A DNA stretch of 64,000 nucleotides, taken from assembly GCA_963795855.1 (NCBI GenBank), contig CAWCIZ010000001.1, positions 384,001-448,000 on the forward strand, read 5' to 3'. The notes beneath the pieces are model-generated. The model made no database searches and was not told the origin of the DNA. It was given only the letters and a program-made list of their open reading frames with translations. Positions 51,225 to 62,267 of this stretch are shown here, piece after piece. Source of the stretch: Vulcanimicrobiota bacterium (GTDB lineage Bacteria > Vulcanimicrobiota > Vulcanimicrobiia > Vulcanimicrobiales > Vulcanimicrobiaceae). How positions within the stretch are numbered: position 1 is the first letter of the stretch; the number at the start of each line of letters is the position of its first letter. Both the position numbers and the translations under genes were made by a program.

Positions 51225-51785
51225 ATGAAGGCCTTTGAGCGCCTGCGCTCGCGCGAAGTCTACCGAAACCCGTATTTGGCGGTCGAAGCGCACGAGATCG
51301 TTCATCCGAGCGGTGTAACCGGCGAGCACGCGCTCATCGTGACGCCGCCGTGCTCGGCGGCAATCGTCGCCGACGGCGGAGATCTGCTCTTCGCTCGTCA
51401 GCCGCGTTTCGGCGCTCAGGCGGAAGTCCTGGAAATCGTCAAAGGCGGCGCGGATCCGGGCGAGTCGAGTCTCGAATGCGCGAAGCGCGAAACGCGTGAA
51501 GAACTCGGCGTCGTCGCGGCGCATTGGACGGAACTCGGAGAGTTGTTCGAGATTCCTTCGCTGATGAACGAACCGATTCACTTGTATATGGCGCATGGAA
51601 TCGAGCACGTCGATCCGCAGTCCGAACCGCTCGAAACGATCGACCTCGTGCGGATTCCGGAGCGCCTCGCGATCGCTGCGGCAGCTTCGGGCAAAATCAA
51701 CGATGCGGTGACCGTCGCCGCGCTGCTGCGCTACGGCGTGCGCGCAGGCATTTTGGTTACTGCCGCGGCGGAGGCTGCGCCGTAG
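51225..51785 (+). CDS. NUDIX hydrolase (ADP-ribose pyrophosphatase-like)
   Basis: Nudix box GGADPGESSLECAKRETREELG. Confidence 0.9.
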   Translation: MKAFERLRSREVYRNPYLAVEAHEIVHPSGVTGEHALIVTPPCSAAIVADGGDLLFARQPRFGAQAEVLEIVKGGADPGESSLECAKRETREELGVVAAHWTELGELFEIPSLMNEPIHLYMAHGIEHVDPQSEPLETIDLVRIPERLAIAAAASGKINDAVTVAALLRYGVRAGILVTAAAEAAP

Positions 51786-52359
51786 CGCTCCACAGGTGCT
51801 CGGGCACGTCCAGCTCCTGATTCACGCGGCGAGCCCAGACGAACAGCGCGTCCGACAAGCGGTTCACATAACGCGTGCATTCCGCCGATATCTCGGCCTC
51901 GGTCTCGCGGAGCGTGACGATGAGCCGCTCCGCGCGCCGGCAGACCGTGCGCGCGACGTGAAGATGCGCGCCCGGCGCGCTGCCGCCGGGATGGATGAAG
52001 TTGCGCAACGGTTCGAGTACGGCTTGGCATTCGTCTATCGCGCGTTCGAGTGCGTCGACGTCGTCGCTCGAAACCAGCGGCATGCCTTCCCAGCGCCGTT
52101 CCGCCGGCGTAGCAAGCTCCGAGCCCAAGTTGAAGAGTGCGTCCTGCGTCCACGCGAGCCAGCCATCGAGCCGATGCAGCGGTTCGCGAATCAGATACGG
52201 CCGCAGCGCCGTTCGCGCTACCCCGATGTGGCTTGAAAGTTCGTCCAGCGTGCCGTAAGCGGCGATGCGAAGCGAATTCTTTTGCACGCGCGCGCCGCCG
52301 ACCAAGCCGGTCGTGCCGTCGTCGCCGCTGCGGGTGTAGATGCGCGGGGCTTTAGGCAT
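51757..52359 (-). CDS. PduO-type cob(I)alamin adenosyltransferase
   Basis: IYTRSGDDGTT, YGTLDEL, RTVCRRAER, YVNRLSDALF. Confidence 0.93.
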   Translation of the reverse strand: MPKAPRIYTRSGDDGTTGLVGGARVQKNSLRIAAYGTLDELSSHIGVARTALRPYLIREPLHRLDGWLAWTQDALFNLGSELATPAERRWEGMPLVSSDDVDALERAIDECQAVLEPLRNFIHPGGSAPGAHLHVARTVCRRAERLIVTLRETEAEISAECTRYVNRLSDALFVWARRVNQELDVPEHLWSATAQPPPRQ

Positions 52360-52445
52360 TGCCGGCACGTTTCGACGCGGCGCCGCACACACCCGGGGCG
52401 TGCCGGGCAGGCTCGCGGGCGTGCTGTTGCGAATCGGGGCCGGTC

Positions 52446-54011
52446 ATGTCCGAGACCGCGCAACAGGAACCACTGGTCAAGGAGATCCCGCCGAAGGCGG
52501 CCGATCTTTCCGCTTGGTACACCGCCGTTTGCCTCAAAGCCGAGCTCGTCTCGTACGCGCCCGTTCGCGGCTGCGTGGTGCTGCGGCCGTATGGTTTCGG
52601 TCTCTGGGAAAATCTGCAAAAACATCTGGACGAACGATTCAAAGCGACCGGACACGAGAACGCGTATTTTCCGCTGCTGATTCCGGAGAGCTTGCTCACG
52701 AAGGAAGCGCAGCACGTCGAGGGCTTTGCGCCGGAAGTCGCATGGGTTACCGAAGGCGGCCAGGAGAAGCTCGAAGAGCGGCTCGCGATCCGTCCCACCT
52801 CGGAAGTGATCATCGGCGTGATGTACGCCAAGTGGATTCAATCGCATCGCGATTTGCCGGTGCTCATCAATCAATGGGCAAACGTGGTTCGCTGGGAAAA
52901 AGCGACGCGGCCGTTTCTGCGCACGATGGAGTTTTTGTGGCAAGAGGGCCACACCGCTCACGCATCCGCGCAAGAAGCGCGCGCCGAGACGGAGCAGATG
53001 CTCTCAGTCTACAAAGACTTTGCCGAAAACGTCGCCGCGGTTCCGGTCTACGCCGGCGTAAAAAGCGCCAGCGAACGTTTTCCCGGTGCAGTGGAAACGT
53101 ATTCGATCGAGGCGCTCATGCCGGACGGCAAAGCGCTCCAGTCCGCCACCTCGCACGATTTGGGACAGAACTTCAGCAAAGCGTACGACATCACGTTCGT
53201 CGACGCCGACCAGCAGATGAAACACGTGTACACGACGTCCTGGGGCATGTCGTGGCGCATGCTCGGAGCGATGATCATGGTGCACGGCGACGATCGCGGC
53301 TTGCGCCTTCCTCCGAGGATGGCGCCGATCGAGGCCGTGATCGTTCCGATCGTTCGCAGCGACACGACCGCCACCGTAGAAAGGGCGCACGAGCTCGCGA
53401 AGGTGCTGCGCGAGCAGGGATACCGCGTGCGCGTCGACGATCGCGATCGCTCGCCGGGATGGAAGTACAGCGAGTGGGAGATGCGCGGCGTTCCCGTGCG
53501 CATCGAGATCGGACCGCGCGACTTGGAAAGCTCGGCGGCAACGGTCGTGCGGCGCGACAAGCAGAAAGGCGAGGAGGGTGCGAAGGCGTCGGTGGCGTTC
53601 GCGGAACTCTCGTCTCGTCTGCGCCAAGTGCTCGACGAGGTGCACGTGTCGCTATACGAACAAGCCAAGGCGTTTCTCGAGTCGCACACGTTCCGCGTCA
53701 CCCGCCGGGAAGAATTTCTGGACAAGTGCCGCAGCCGCGCCGGTATGATCGATATCGCGTGGTGCGGCAGACCCGAATGCGAAGCGGAAGTGAAAGGCGC
53801 GACGAGCGCGACGACGCGCAACATGCGTCCGCTGGAACGCGCCGGAGCGATTTGCGTGGCGTGCGGCGAGCCGGCGAAAGTAAACGCGTATTTTGCTCAA
53901 AGCTCATCAGCGCGCTCTTCCTCGTCTCGCAGATGCTGTTTCCGACGGCGCGACCGGGGGTCCGCACGAGCGACGCGTATGCGCGCGCGTCGGGAAACGA
54001 AAAAGCCGTAG
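52446..54011 (+). CDS. proS: Proline--tRNA ligase, archaeal/eukaryote-like type (true stop probably near 53908)
   Basis: HVEGFAPE, IRPTSE, NQWANVVRWE, FLWQEGHT, TSWG and a C-terminal Zn motif. The expected terminal 'FAQSY*' is disrupted. Confidence 0.95.
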   Translation: MSETAQQEPLVKEIPPKAADLSAWYTAVCLKAELVSYAPVRGCVVLRPYGFGLWENLQKHLDERFKATGHENAYFPLLIPESLLTKEAQHVEGFAPEVAWVTEGGQEKLEERLAIRPTSEVIIGVMYAKWIQSHRDLPVLINQWANVVRWEKATRPFLRTMEFLWQEGHTAHASAQEARAETEQMLSVYKDFAENVAAVPVYAGVKSASERFPGAVETYSIEALMPDGKALQSATSHDLGQNFSKAYDITFVDADQQMKHVYTTSWGMSWRMLGAMIMVHGDDRGLRLPPRMAPIEAVIVPIVRSDTTATVERAHELAKVLREQGYRVRVDDRDRSPGWKYSEWEMRGVPVRIEIGPRDLESSAATVVRRDKQKGEEGAKASVAFAELSSRLRQVLDEVHVSLYEQAKAFLESHTFRVTRREEFLDKCRSRAGMIDIAWCGRPECEAEVKGATSATTRNMRPLERAGAICVACGEPAKVNAYFAQSSSARSSSSRRCCFRRRDRGSARATRMRARRETKKP

Positions 54012-54418
54012 CCGTGAAAATCGGGCGCGCGCTTTTCGCGACCACGTGGCCGGCGCAGGTGCTCAACGTGTATGCCGACGGCATTCCGCAGCACGAGATT
54101 GCCGGGCTGCACGTATCCGGCGTGCACTTTCATCATCCGCTCACCAACGCGCAGTTCACCGCCGAGATCGCGGATCTCGTCGAGCGCGCCTTCGCCGCCG
54201 CACCCGTCGAAGAAGTCGACGTGTGGGCCAGCGTGCCGCTCAGCGTGGGCAAGGGCATCGTCGTTTCCGGCGATCTGGCCAAACCGACGTTTCGGACCGT
54301 CTTTACGCTGACAGTGCGGCGCGGTGAGAGCACCGCATCCATGATCGCGCGAATGCGGCAAGGGCACGGCGTGTTCTGGGACCAGGAGTGGAAGCAAACC
54401 GCTTTTAAAGTAGGCTGA
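53903..54418 (+). CDS. Hypothetical protein (start uncertain; first ATG at 53933)
   Basis: Coding-like frame LISALFLVSQMLFP..GVFWDQEWK filling the gap between proS and the peptidase. Confidence 0.6.
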   Translation, partial: LISALFLVSQMLFPTARPGVRTSDAYARASGNEKAVAVKIGRALFATTWPAQVLNVYADGIPQHEIAGLHVSGVHFHHPLTNAQFTAEIADLVERAFAAAPVEEVDVWASVPLSVGKGIVVSGDLAKPTFRTVFTLTVRRGESTASMIARMRQGHGVFWDQEWKQTAFKVG

Positions 54419-54421
54419 CGA

Positions 54422-55678
54422 ATGTATCGAAAGACGATCCTCGGCAACGGCGTGCGCGTGGTCACCGAATCGATGCCCGCGTTCCGTTCGGCATCGCTCG
54501 GCATTTGGGCCGACGTAGGATCCGCCGCCGAAGAATCCGAGTGCCGGGGCGTTTCGCATCTGGTCGAGCACATGCTTTTCAAAGGCACCGATAAGCGAAC
54601 GGCGCGCCAGATTGCCGAAGAAATGGACGGCGTGGGCGGCAATTTGAACGCGTTCACCGACAAAGAAACGACGTGCTATTACGCCAAGGTGATGGACCAG
54701 CACGTTCCGCTCGCAGTCGACGTGCTCACCGACATGTTCCTGAACTCGCGTTTCGAGCCGAAGGAATTATCCAAAGAGCAGAAAGTGGTCCTCGAAGAAA
54801 TCAAGATGTACGAGGACTCGCCGGACGAACTCATCCACGATCTCTTCATCCAAACGATGTGGCAGGGCAGCGATCTCGGCGCGCCCACCATCGGTTTCGC
54901 CGACACGGTCAGCGCCTTGACGCCGAACGATCTGCGGGCGCACATGCGCAAGCACTATGCGCCGAATTCCGTCGTGGTCGCGGCCGCGGGCAACGTCGAT
55001 CACGACCGTATCGTCGAAATTTTCGAAAAGGCGTTTGCCGGATTTACCGGCCGGTGCGATTTGCCGGTTCCCGAAACGCCGCAGACGACGCCCAACCGGC
55101 TGTTTCGGCATAAAGACAGCGAACAAGCCTACGTGGTTCTGGGCACGCGCGGCCTTTCCGTCTGCGACGATCGCCGCTACGTGCTTTCGGTGATGGACAC
55201 GATACTCGGCGGCGGCATGTCCAGCCGGCTGTTCCAGGAGATTCGCGAAAAACGCGGACTCGTGTACACCGTGTATTCGTTTCAGGCGGCGTATCGCGGC
55301 GCGGGCCTTTTTGCGGTTTACGCCGGCACGTCGCCCGAGAACGTTCCCGAATGCGTCTCGGTCGTCTGCGATCAATTCGCGCAGCTTCGCGAACAGCCGG
55401 TCAGCGACGGCGAACTGCGGCTCGCGAAAGAACATATCAAAGGCAGTCTGACGCTCTCGCTGGAGAGCACGTCGAGCCGCATGATTCGCCTCGGACGCAG
55501 CGAGTTTTCGCTCGGGCGGCAACTGACGACCGAAGAGATAGAAGAGCGCGTCGAAGCGGTAACTGCGTCGGAGATTCAAACGCTCGCGCAAGAGTTGCTC
55601 GCGGAAGAATCGATGGGCCTTTGCGTGCTCGGCCCGGTGGACGAAGCGTCCGTCGAATGGAATAGAAGCGCTGCATAG
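54422..55678 (+). CDS. M16 (pitrilysin-family) zinc peptidase
   Basis: HLVEHMLFKGT, NAFTDKE, LGGGMSSRLFQEIREKRGLVY. Confidence 0.95.
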   Translation: MYRKTILGNGVRVVTESMPAFRSASLGIWADVGSAAEESECRGVSHLVEHMLFKGTDKRTARQIAEEMDGVGGNLNAFTDKETTCYYAKVMDQHVPLAVDVLTDMFLNSRFEPKELSKEQKVVLEEIKMYEDSPDELIHDLFIQTMWQGSDLGAPTIGFADTVSALTPNDLRAHMRKHYAPNSVVVAAAGNVDHDRIVEIFEKAFAGFTGRCDLPVPETPQTTPNRLFRHKDSEQAYVVLGTRGLSVCDDRRYVLSVMDTILGGGMSSRLFQEIREKRGLVYTVYSFQAAYRGAGLFAVYAGTSPENVPECVSVVCDQFAQLREQPVSDGELRLAKEHIKGSLTLSLESTSSRMIRLGRSEFSLGRQLTTEEIEERVEAVTASEIQTLAQELLAEESMGLCVLGPVDEASVEWNRSAA

Positions 55679-55733
55679 CTCGCCTCACGGCACTCTCGGC
55701 GCGCCGTTCTGGTCGTGGGAACTCATCGGCGCA

Positions 55734-56567
55734 ATGGCTATCACGTTCGTCGTGCAGGGCGTCACGATCGGCGCCTATGCCGCGCGCCTGGCGGGCGTGC
55801 TCACCGAACGTATTGCAACCTCCATCTCGCTCTTCAATTTGTTCGTCACGTTCGGCCGGCTCGCGAACCTGTTTTCGAGCATCACGCTGGGGCCCCTGAC
55901 GGACCACGCGTCGGAGCGAGCGGCGAATTACACGGCCGCGAACGATACCGCTGCGCTCGCCTCGCTGCACGGCACGGTGCTCTGGCAACTGCGCCTCATC
56001 GTCTTCGCGGGAACGCTCGGCATGATCGCGTTCTCGCTGATGCTGCCGTGGTTCATCTATCTGTTTCAGCGGGGCGTGCGCTCTTTCGAGCGGCGCGGCT
56101 CGATCCCGCACTCGCTTTTCCGGCTCGCGGACCCCGGCGTGATGCGGGAAGTCATCTTTTCCTACCGCACTCCGAGCGGACAGCGGCTGCGATCGTTTTC
56201 CGCCGGCGCGCTGCCGAAGCGCATGCTCGTCTTCAACGTCGTGATCTATGCCGTCTACTCGATAGGCGTCGTTTCTTCGTACTACGCTAGTTTGCTCGAT
56301 CTTTCGGCCGCGCGCACCGCGCTGAGCCTGTCCGGCATCGTGAACGGCATCGGCACGATCGCCTTCACGCTCTTCGTCGATCCGACCGCGTCGCTGATCA
56401 CCGACGAGGCAGTCCGCGGCAGCCGTCCAATAGAACACGTACGGTCGATGGTGTTTTACCTGGCGCTTACGGCAATCATCGGAACGCTGCTCTCGCAAGT
56501 AATTCTGTGGCCGGCCGCAAAGTTCATCGAAATCGTCGCTCACTTCTTTACGCACATTCGTCAATGA
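55734..56567 (+). CDS. Amj-family lipid II flippase (DUF2837)
   Basis: RLAGV..RIATSISLFN and TALSLSGIVNGIGTIAFTLFVDP..LITD resemble Amj; the start may extend to CTG 55671. Confidence 0.75.
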   Translation: MAITFVVQGVTIGAYAARLAGVLTERIATSISLFNLFVTFGRLANLFSSITLGPLTDHASERAANYTAANDTAALASLHGTVLWQLRLIVFAGTLGMIAFSLMLPWFIYLFQRGVRSFERRGSIPHSLFRLADPGVMREVIFSYRTPSGQRLRSFSAGALPKRMLVFNVVIYAVYSIGVVSSYYASLLDLSAARTALSLSGIVNGIGTIAFTLFVDPTASLITDEAVRGSRPIEHVRSMVFYLALTAIIGTLLSQVILWPAAKFIEIVAHFFTHIRQ

Positions 56568-57235
56568 AACAGCATGTGAAACGTCTGCGTCCCGTCTTGC
56601 TCGCCATCCCGCTGCTCCTGTTGTCGACGGGCTGCGCGGGAACCGTCGAACATTGGATCGTCAACACGCGCGTCAATCAGGGCGACGTCGCGCTCGCCCG
56701 CGGAAATCTGCACGACGCGGAGATAGCCTACCGCCTCGCGCTCCGCGTAAGCCCGCACGATGCGCGCGCGCGAACCGGCTTTGCACGCGTATCGGCGGAC
56801 ATCGCGGAAGCCGCTTTTCACAAAGGCGATTTCGACGACGCGACGGCTACAATCGACGAAGCGCAGAAGTACGATCCGCAGAACGTGCGGCTTCAGGGAC
56901 TACGATCGCAGCTCGAGGACGCGCACCTCAAGCGCGAGATCGTCATTTCGAATTATCCGACTTACGAAGGCGCCGGTCTGCAGATCCAAAGCGCGTACCG
57001 CACGCTGAACGTCCAGAACAAAGCGATTCTCACGAGCCTGAAGCGCTTCAATTACACGTACGACACGCAAGATTTGACCAAAGCGATTCAGGACTCTTAC
57101 GAACTGCAGCTGGACGTCGCAAAGACGACGAACCGGCTCATTGCGTACCGCCAGCTGGTCGAGTCGGGCGTCCCGGGAACCGAACAAGCCACGCAAACCA
57201 CGGCGCCCGGCGGGTCGTTACTTCCGCTGCCGTAG
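56564..57235 (+). CDS. TPR-like lipoprotein
   Basis: Signal peptide with lipobox (LSTGC) and TPR-like helices. Confidence 0.65.
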   Translation: MKQHVKRLRPVLLAIPLLLLSTGCAGTVEHWIVNTRVNQGDVALARGNLHDAEIAYRLALRVSPHDARARTGFARVSADIAEAAFHKGDFDDATATIDEAQKYDPQNVRLQGLRSQLEDAHLKREIVISNYPTYEGAGLQIQSAYRTLNVQNKAILTSLKRFNYTYDTQDLTKAIQDSYELQLDVAKTTNRLIAYRQLVESGVPGTEQATQTTAPGGSLLPLP

Positions 57236-58836
57236 ACGGTTTTCGCACAACCCGCGTGCGTCGAGCCACCCGCGCGCTTTGCCCGCTTTTTCCGCGTCGC
57301 GGAACGAACGCCACGCCTGCTCCGCCCCGGGTTTCACCATCGCTGGATCCGTGACGTAGACCGGCCACGGCGCACGCGCATCGATCACCGGAAAACGCTG
57401 CATCCAAGCGCACAGCTCGACGTTGCGATCGAAGCGGTTCTTTTCGATGTCGATGAAGTACCGCGCGCCCTTGCGAATCGCGCTCTGCTCGTCGAAGGTC
57501 GTCCACAGATATGGGTCCTCTTCCCAGCCGTACCGCCCGATGTAGTACAGCACTGAGGGATCGTAATGGCCCATGACGATCAGCGCACCCGGCGCAAGCG
57601 TGCGATCGAGCGCAACGGCGTCGCGGTAGACCTGTTTGCTGTAGTGGTAGTACGGGCCCACGATCTGGCGGTTCTGATAGACGACGGCGGCCACTCCCGC
57701 AACGCCGAGCACAGCCGCCGCATATTTGATCGTGCGATCGAGCGCGCTGCCCGCGAGCGCGCCGATGAGCCGTTCGAGAAATGCGGCTCCCGTCAGCGCT
57801 GCGAGCGGCAGCAGCAGAAACATGTAGTAATCGACGCGTTCGACCGTGACGACGGCGTACGTGTAAACGAGCCCGCCCGCCACCCACGCCCACAGCAGCG
57901 TGCGCGAGCGCGTCGCCGCCGGCATGAAGAAGAAACCCAGTACGGCGAGCGCGGTGATGGCCGGCCCGATCATGAGCTGCGCGAGCATGCCGAGTACGAC
58001 GCGGAATTGCGTGAATTTCGCGTGCAGCGCCGCTGCGCTGGTAAACGAACCGCGCAGCGCTGGCAATACGTGCAGCCGCGTGATTCCGGAAGCCCAATGC
58101 CATTCCGCATGCGCCGCAACCGCGCGATCGTACCCGTACAGCAGTGCGAGCGGTATGACGATCAACGCCGCAATCGCCGGCCAGCGGAAGGTCCGGCCGG
58201 AGCGCGCGCGCTCCACGATGAGCGCACCGATGGGTACCAGGCCTGCGAGGGAAACGGGCTTTGCAAGAAACGCCAGCGCAAGCAGCGCGGTTGCGCGGCC
58301 GACGACGCGCGCGGTCCATCGTTCGTCGTCGATCAGCAGTCGCGCGATGACGTAGAGCGCCGCGGTGAGAAAGAAGACCATCGTTGCGTCGGGCATGAAC
58401 GTTCGCCCGTAGTACACGCTGCCCGGCATGACGGCATAGAGCAGCGCGGCGAGGAGCCCGGCGATTTCGCTTGCAAAGAGCCATCGCCCGAAACCGGCGA
58501 GCACCGCTATCGTCCCGAGGCTGAATGCGATCGTGACGAGGCGGCCGATGACTTCGTGCACGCCGGCGACCTTGTAGAGCGCAGCGGCGATGAGCGGGAC
58601 GATCTGCAGTTCGAGCTCGACGTAATTCGGCGGCGGGCCGTCGTAGTTCGTCTGCGGATAGAGCGGGTTGAACCGGAGTCCGCAAAGTTTTTCGCGATCG
58701 ATGCCGTGTCGCCCTGACGCCAGCCGGGATGATCGAGAAGCGGATCGTGAATGCCTTTGAGCCGCAGCGCAAGCCCGAGCACGAGAATCGCCGCCAGCGC
58801 GATGCGACCGATCAGGCGGCGTCTTTGAACGTCCAA
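57218..58836 (-). CDS. ArnT/GT39-like GT-C glycosyltransferase (frameshift at about 58678)
   Basis: WRQGDTASIAKNF in the N-terminal frame; ELELQI, GRTFMPD, LAKP and multiple TM segments in the second frame. Confidence 0.8.
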
Positions 58837-59207
58837 TATTTATTGAGGAAGAAGTTGACGAAGATGCCCGCGGCGGTAGCCGCTGCCCATGTGAACGAGA
58901 AGTGATTGCCGAACGGGCGCCACCAATAGAACACTTCGCCGACGAGCAGCGAGATCGCGGAAACGAAGAGGAACTGAATACTTTCGAGCGCGGCATTGGC
59001 GCTGGAGCGAAACGTCCACACGCGATTGAGATACCAGTTCGACACGCCGCCCGCCAAATAACCGACGGCGAAATCGCCCGCCCATGGGAAGCCGGGAGCG
59101 CCCTTTTGCATGCCGTGCGACACCACGAAGTTCACGACCAGTCCGGTCGCGCCGACGACGCCGAACTTCACGAATTGCCGGACGCCGCGGCTCTGCGTGA
59201 TGTTCAC
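58812..59207 (-). CDS. GtrA family protein
   Basis: QFVKFGVVG..LNRVWTF..NFFLNKYWTF. Confidence 0.9.
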   Translation of the reverse strand: MNITQSRGVRQFVKFGVVGATGLVVNFVVSHGMQKGAPGFPWAGDFAVGYLAGGVSNWYLNRVWTFRSSANAALESIQFLFVSAISLLVGEVFYWWRPFGNHFSFTWAAATAAGIFVNFFLNKYWTFKDAA

Positions 59208-60770
59208 TTATCCGACCCAGTACCAGTCCGCGAAAAGGACCGTGAACAGGCCGAGCAACGGCAAGAAGAACGCAACGATCGCGTTGTTCACGGACGGGCG
59301 TCTTCCCCACAGCGCGAGAATTGCGAACATCGGAAACAGGACGAGCGCGAAACGCTGCATGCTCATCAGGCTGGACGTCGACATCGGCACGAGAATCGAC
59401 AGCGCCATGTAGGCTATGTACGAAGCCTTGAGCCTGCGCCATCCGCCGATCAGCACGCCGACCATCAACGCGGTGAACGTAAGTTCGATTGCCTGATTCG
59501 CAATCGTCTGCCCGCTGGTCGCATTCGCGATCTTGTGCCACGTGCTCAGAAGTGAAGTCCACGGTGCCGCCAAATGCCGGTTCCAATTGATCTGTACGTG
59601 CGAGAAGTAGAGCGGGTCGCCGCGCAGCACCCAGAGATACGCCATATAGAGCAGCAACCCGATGAAAACGAGCACGATGGGGAGCAGCTCGACGAGCGCG
59701 CCCGTGAGTTCCTTGCGTCGCTGCGGATCCGCCGCTCGACGCAGCACCGTCCAATTCGCGGTCGCCCACTCGATCGCGAACGGCACCGCGAGCAGCACGC
59801 CTTCGACGCGCGTGAGCGCTGCAAACAGGCCGATGCTTCCGGCAAGCCACCAGCGCCGCTCGCGCATGTAGTAAAACGACGTCACCGTCAGCATCAGAAA
59901 CAGCGATTCGGTATACACGGCGGAGAAGAACACGGCGGTCGGAAAGATCGAAATGTAGAAGATCGCGCGCCGCGCGACGCCCCGGTCGAATTCGTGCTCG
60001 ACGAGTTTGTACAGATACAGCAGCGCGAAAAACAAGGCGACGTTCGAGACGATCAGTCCCGCGACAAGGTGATTGCCGATCAGCGAGCCGAGCGCCGCGA
60101 TGAGCAGCGGGTACAGCGGGAAGAACGCCATGTCCGTCCCGTGATAGCCGTTCGTGGCGATGTCGATGTAGTGCACCGCATCCCATCGTCCCCATACCGC
60201 GAGCAGCAGGTTGCGCGATTCTTGATAATGCTCGCCCGGACGCTGCCCCACGATGACCGCGGCGAGTTCCGCAACCACGATGATTGCAAAGCGGGAGAGG
60301 ATATAGTCGACGCTCACTTCGCGCACGGTCAGATTGAAGCGCGCCGCGACGAACCACTTCACGAGGCAAAATAACGCGAAGCAGTAGACGAAAAGCCGCA
60401 CTCCGCCGTGCGTGAACCCGAGCGGCAGCACGAACGCGAGCCATAGCAAGACGAATGCCAGCCATGCGACGGCGTCGTATTGCAGCGAACGCTGATACAG
60501 GACGCCGGCGCGCGCTGCAAAGTATCGGCCGTATGCGAGCCACGCCCACACGCTCAGCGCCGGCCCTACAACGAGCGCGAGCGGCAACGCGGTTTGCACG
60601 AGCGTCGGGCGATGCGTCGGCAACGCTGCGGTGTACCAGAAGAAGAAGCCGACCGAGAGCCCGGCGGCGATGACGGCCGCGAGTGGCGCCCACCCCGCTG
60701 CGAAAAGCGAATCGGCAACGCCGATTCGAATGCGCGCGTGCGGGTGAGTCTCTTCCAGGTGGGCGGACAC
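59208..60770 (-). CDS. PIG-V-like GT-C mannosyltransferase
   Basis: RWDAVHYIDIATNGY..AFFPLYP, FFSAVYTESLF, LTRVEG. Confidence 0.88.
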   Translation of the reverse strand: MSAHLEETHPHARIRIGVADSLFAAGWAPLAAVIAAGLSVGFFFWYTAALPTHRPTLVQTALPLALVVGPALSVWAWLAYGRYFAARAGVLYQRSLQYDAVAWLAFVLLWLAFVLPLGFTHGGVRLFVYCFALFCLVKWFVAARFNLTVREVSVDYILSRFAIIVVAELAAVIVGQRPGEHYQESRNLLLAVWGRWDAVHYIDIATNGYHGTDMAFFPLYPLLIAALGSLIGNHLVAGLIVSNVALFFALLYLYKLVEHEFDRGVARRAIFYISIFPTAVFFSAVYTESLFLMLTVTSFYYMRERRWWLAGSIGLFAALTRVEGVLLAVPFAIEWATANWTVLRRAADPQRRKELTGALVELLPIVLVFIGLLLYMAYLWVLRGDPLYFSHVQINWNRHLAAPWTSLLSTWHKIANATSGQTIANQAIELTFTALMVGVLIGGWRRLKASYIAYMALSILVPMSTSSLMSMQRFALVLFPMFAILALWGRRPSVNNAIVAFFLPLLGLFTVLFADWYWVG

Positions 60771-60839
60771 GAGGAAGCACAGTTAAAGGAATCATTCGGG
60801 ATACCTTGTAGGTGCTAGGCACCATGGCGACGTCTTTGC

Positions 60840-62267
60840 GTGACGATGCAGCGTAAGAAACACGATGTGGTAGTCGTCGGCGCCGGCTCCGGCGGCTTTG
60901 CGGCGGCGCGGACCGCGCGCGATTTGAATGCCGACGTAGCGCTGGTCGATCACGGACCGCTGGGCGGCCTGTGCATTCTGCGGGGCTGCATGCCGAGCAA
61001 AACGCTCATCGCCTCGAGCGACGCGGCGTACGACATGCGCGAGGCCGCCGAACTCGGCGTGCACGCGGGGCAGGTCACGATCGACTTTCCGCACATCATG
61101 CGGCGCAAGCACGAACTCATCAAAGGCTTTGCCGACTATCGCATCGAGGGAATCGAAAAGTTTCCGCTCTACGAAGGGCAAGCGCGCTTTCTTTCGAGCC
61201 GCGAACTGCAGGTCGGCAACGACGTGGTTTTGGAAGCGGAGCGCTTCATCGTCGGTACGGGCAGCGTCGTCGCGCCGGCGAGCGCGGTGCACGGGCTGAC
61301 CGACGTGGGATACATCGACAGCGACGGCGCGCTGGAAATGCAGTCGCTCCCGGAGTCGCTGATCGTGCTCGGCGGCGGATACATCGGCTGCGAACTGGGC
61401 CAGTTTTTTTCGCGCATGGGCGTCAAGACGAGCATCGTGCTGCGTTCGCCGCATCTGCTTTCGGGAGAAGATCACGACGTCGGCGAAGCGCTGACGGAGT
61501 ATTTGATCGGTGAAGGCATCGACGTGCACACTCACACGCAGATTTGCGGTGTGACCAAACGCGAAGGTAAGAAGGTCGTGCACGTGATCCGCGGGAGGCG
61601 TCGACGGCGAAATTGCAGCCGACGAACTCTTGTATTGTTTGGGGCGAGTGCCGAACATCGCGGGCCTGGATCTCGAAAAAGCCGGCGTGGACGCGCATCC
61701 CATTAGCGGCATCGTGACCGACGACACGATGCGCACGACCAGCCCGAACATCTACGCAATCGGCGACGTCGCCGCGAAGCACATGCTCGTGCACGTCGCG
61801 ATCTACGAGGGGGAAGTTGCGGCGCGCAACGCGGTAACGGACGCCGGAGAAAAAGCGGTGTACGACCTCGTGAAAACGCACACCGTTTTTAGCGATCCGC
61901 AAGTGGCCATCGTGGGCGAAACCGAACGCGCGCTGCAGAGCAAGGGCATCGCGTACGTCAAAGGCACGTACGATTTTGCCGAGCACGGAAAAGCGATGTG
62001 TTTGAACAAGACCAAGGGCTTCGTGAAGATGCTCGCATCGGCGGAGAACGGCAAGATTTGGGAGCTGCAGTGCTCGGCGCGCACGGTTCGGACCTGATTC
62101 ACGAAGTGATCGTCGCCATGTACTTCGGTTCGACGGTCGACCAGTTCATGACCATACCGCATTTGCATCCCACCATGGCGGAGATTTGGACCTATCCGGC
62201 TGAGGAGTGCGCCGAGAAGCTCGCTATGGCGGGTCCGGGGCAGATTCATCCGGAAGTCGCGATGTAG
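60840..62267 (+). CDS. Pyridine nucleotide-disulfide oxidoreductase, lipoamide dehydrogenase-like (frameshifts at about 61593 and 62058)
   Basis: GAGSGG, GGLCILRGCMPSK, GGGYIGCE, IYAIGD and HLHPTMAE spread across three frames. Confidence 0.88.

Noticed and set aside
60840..62267. Mercuric reductase MerA
   Set aside because: There is no C-terminal Cys-Cys pair, no N-terminal metal-binding domain and no mer genes; the HPTxxE motif indicates a lipoamide-dehydrogenase-like enzyme.
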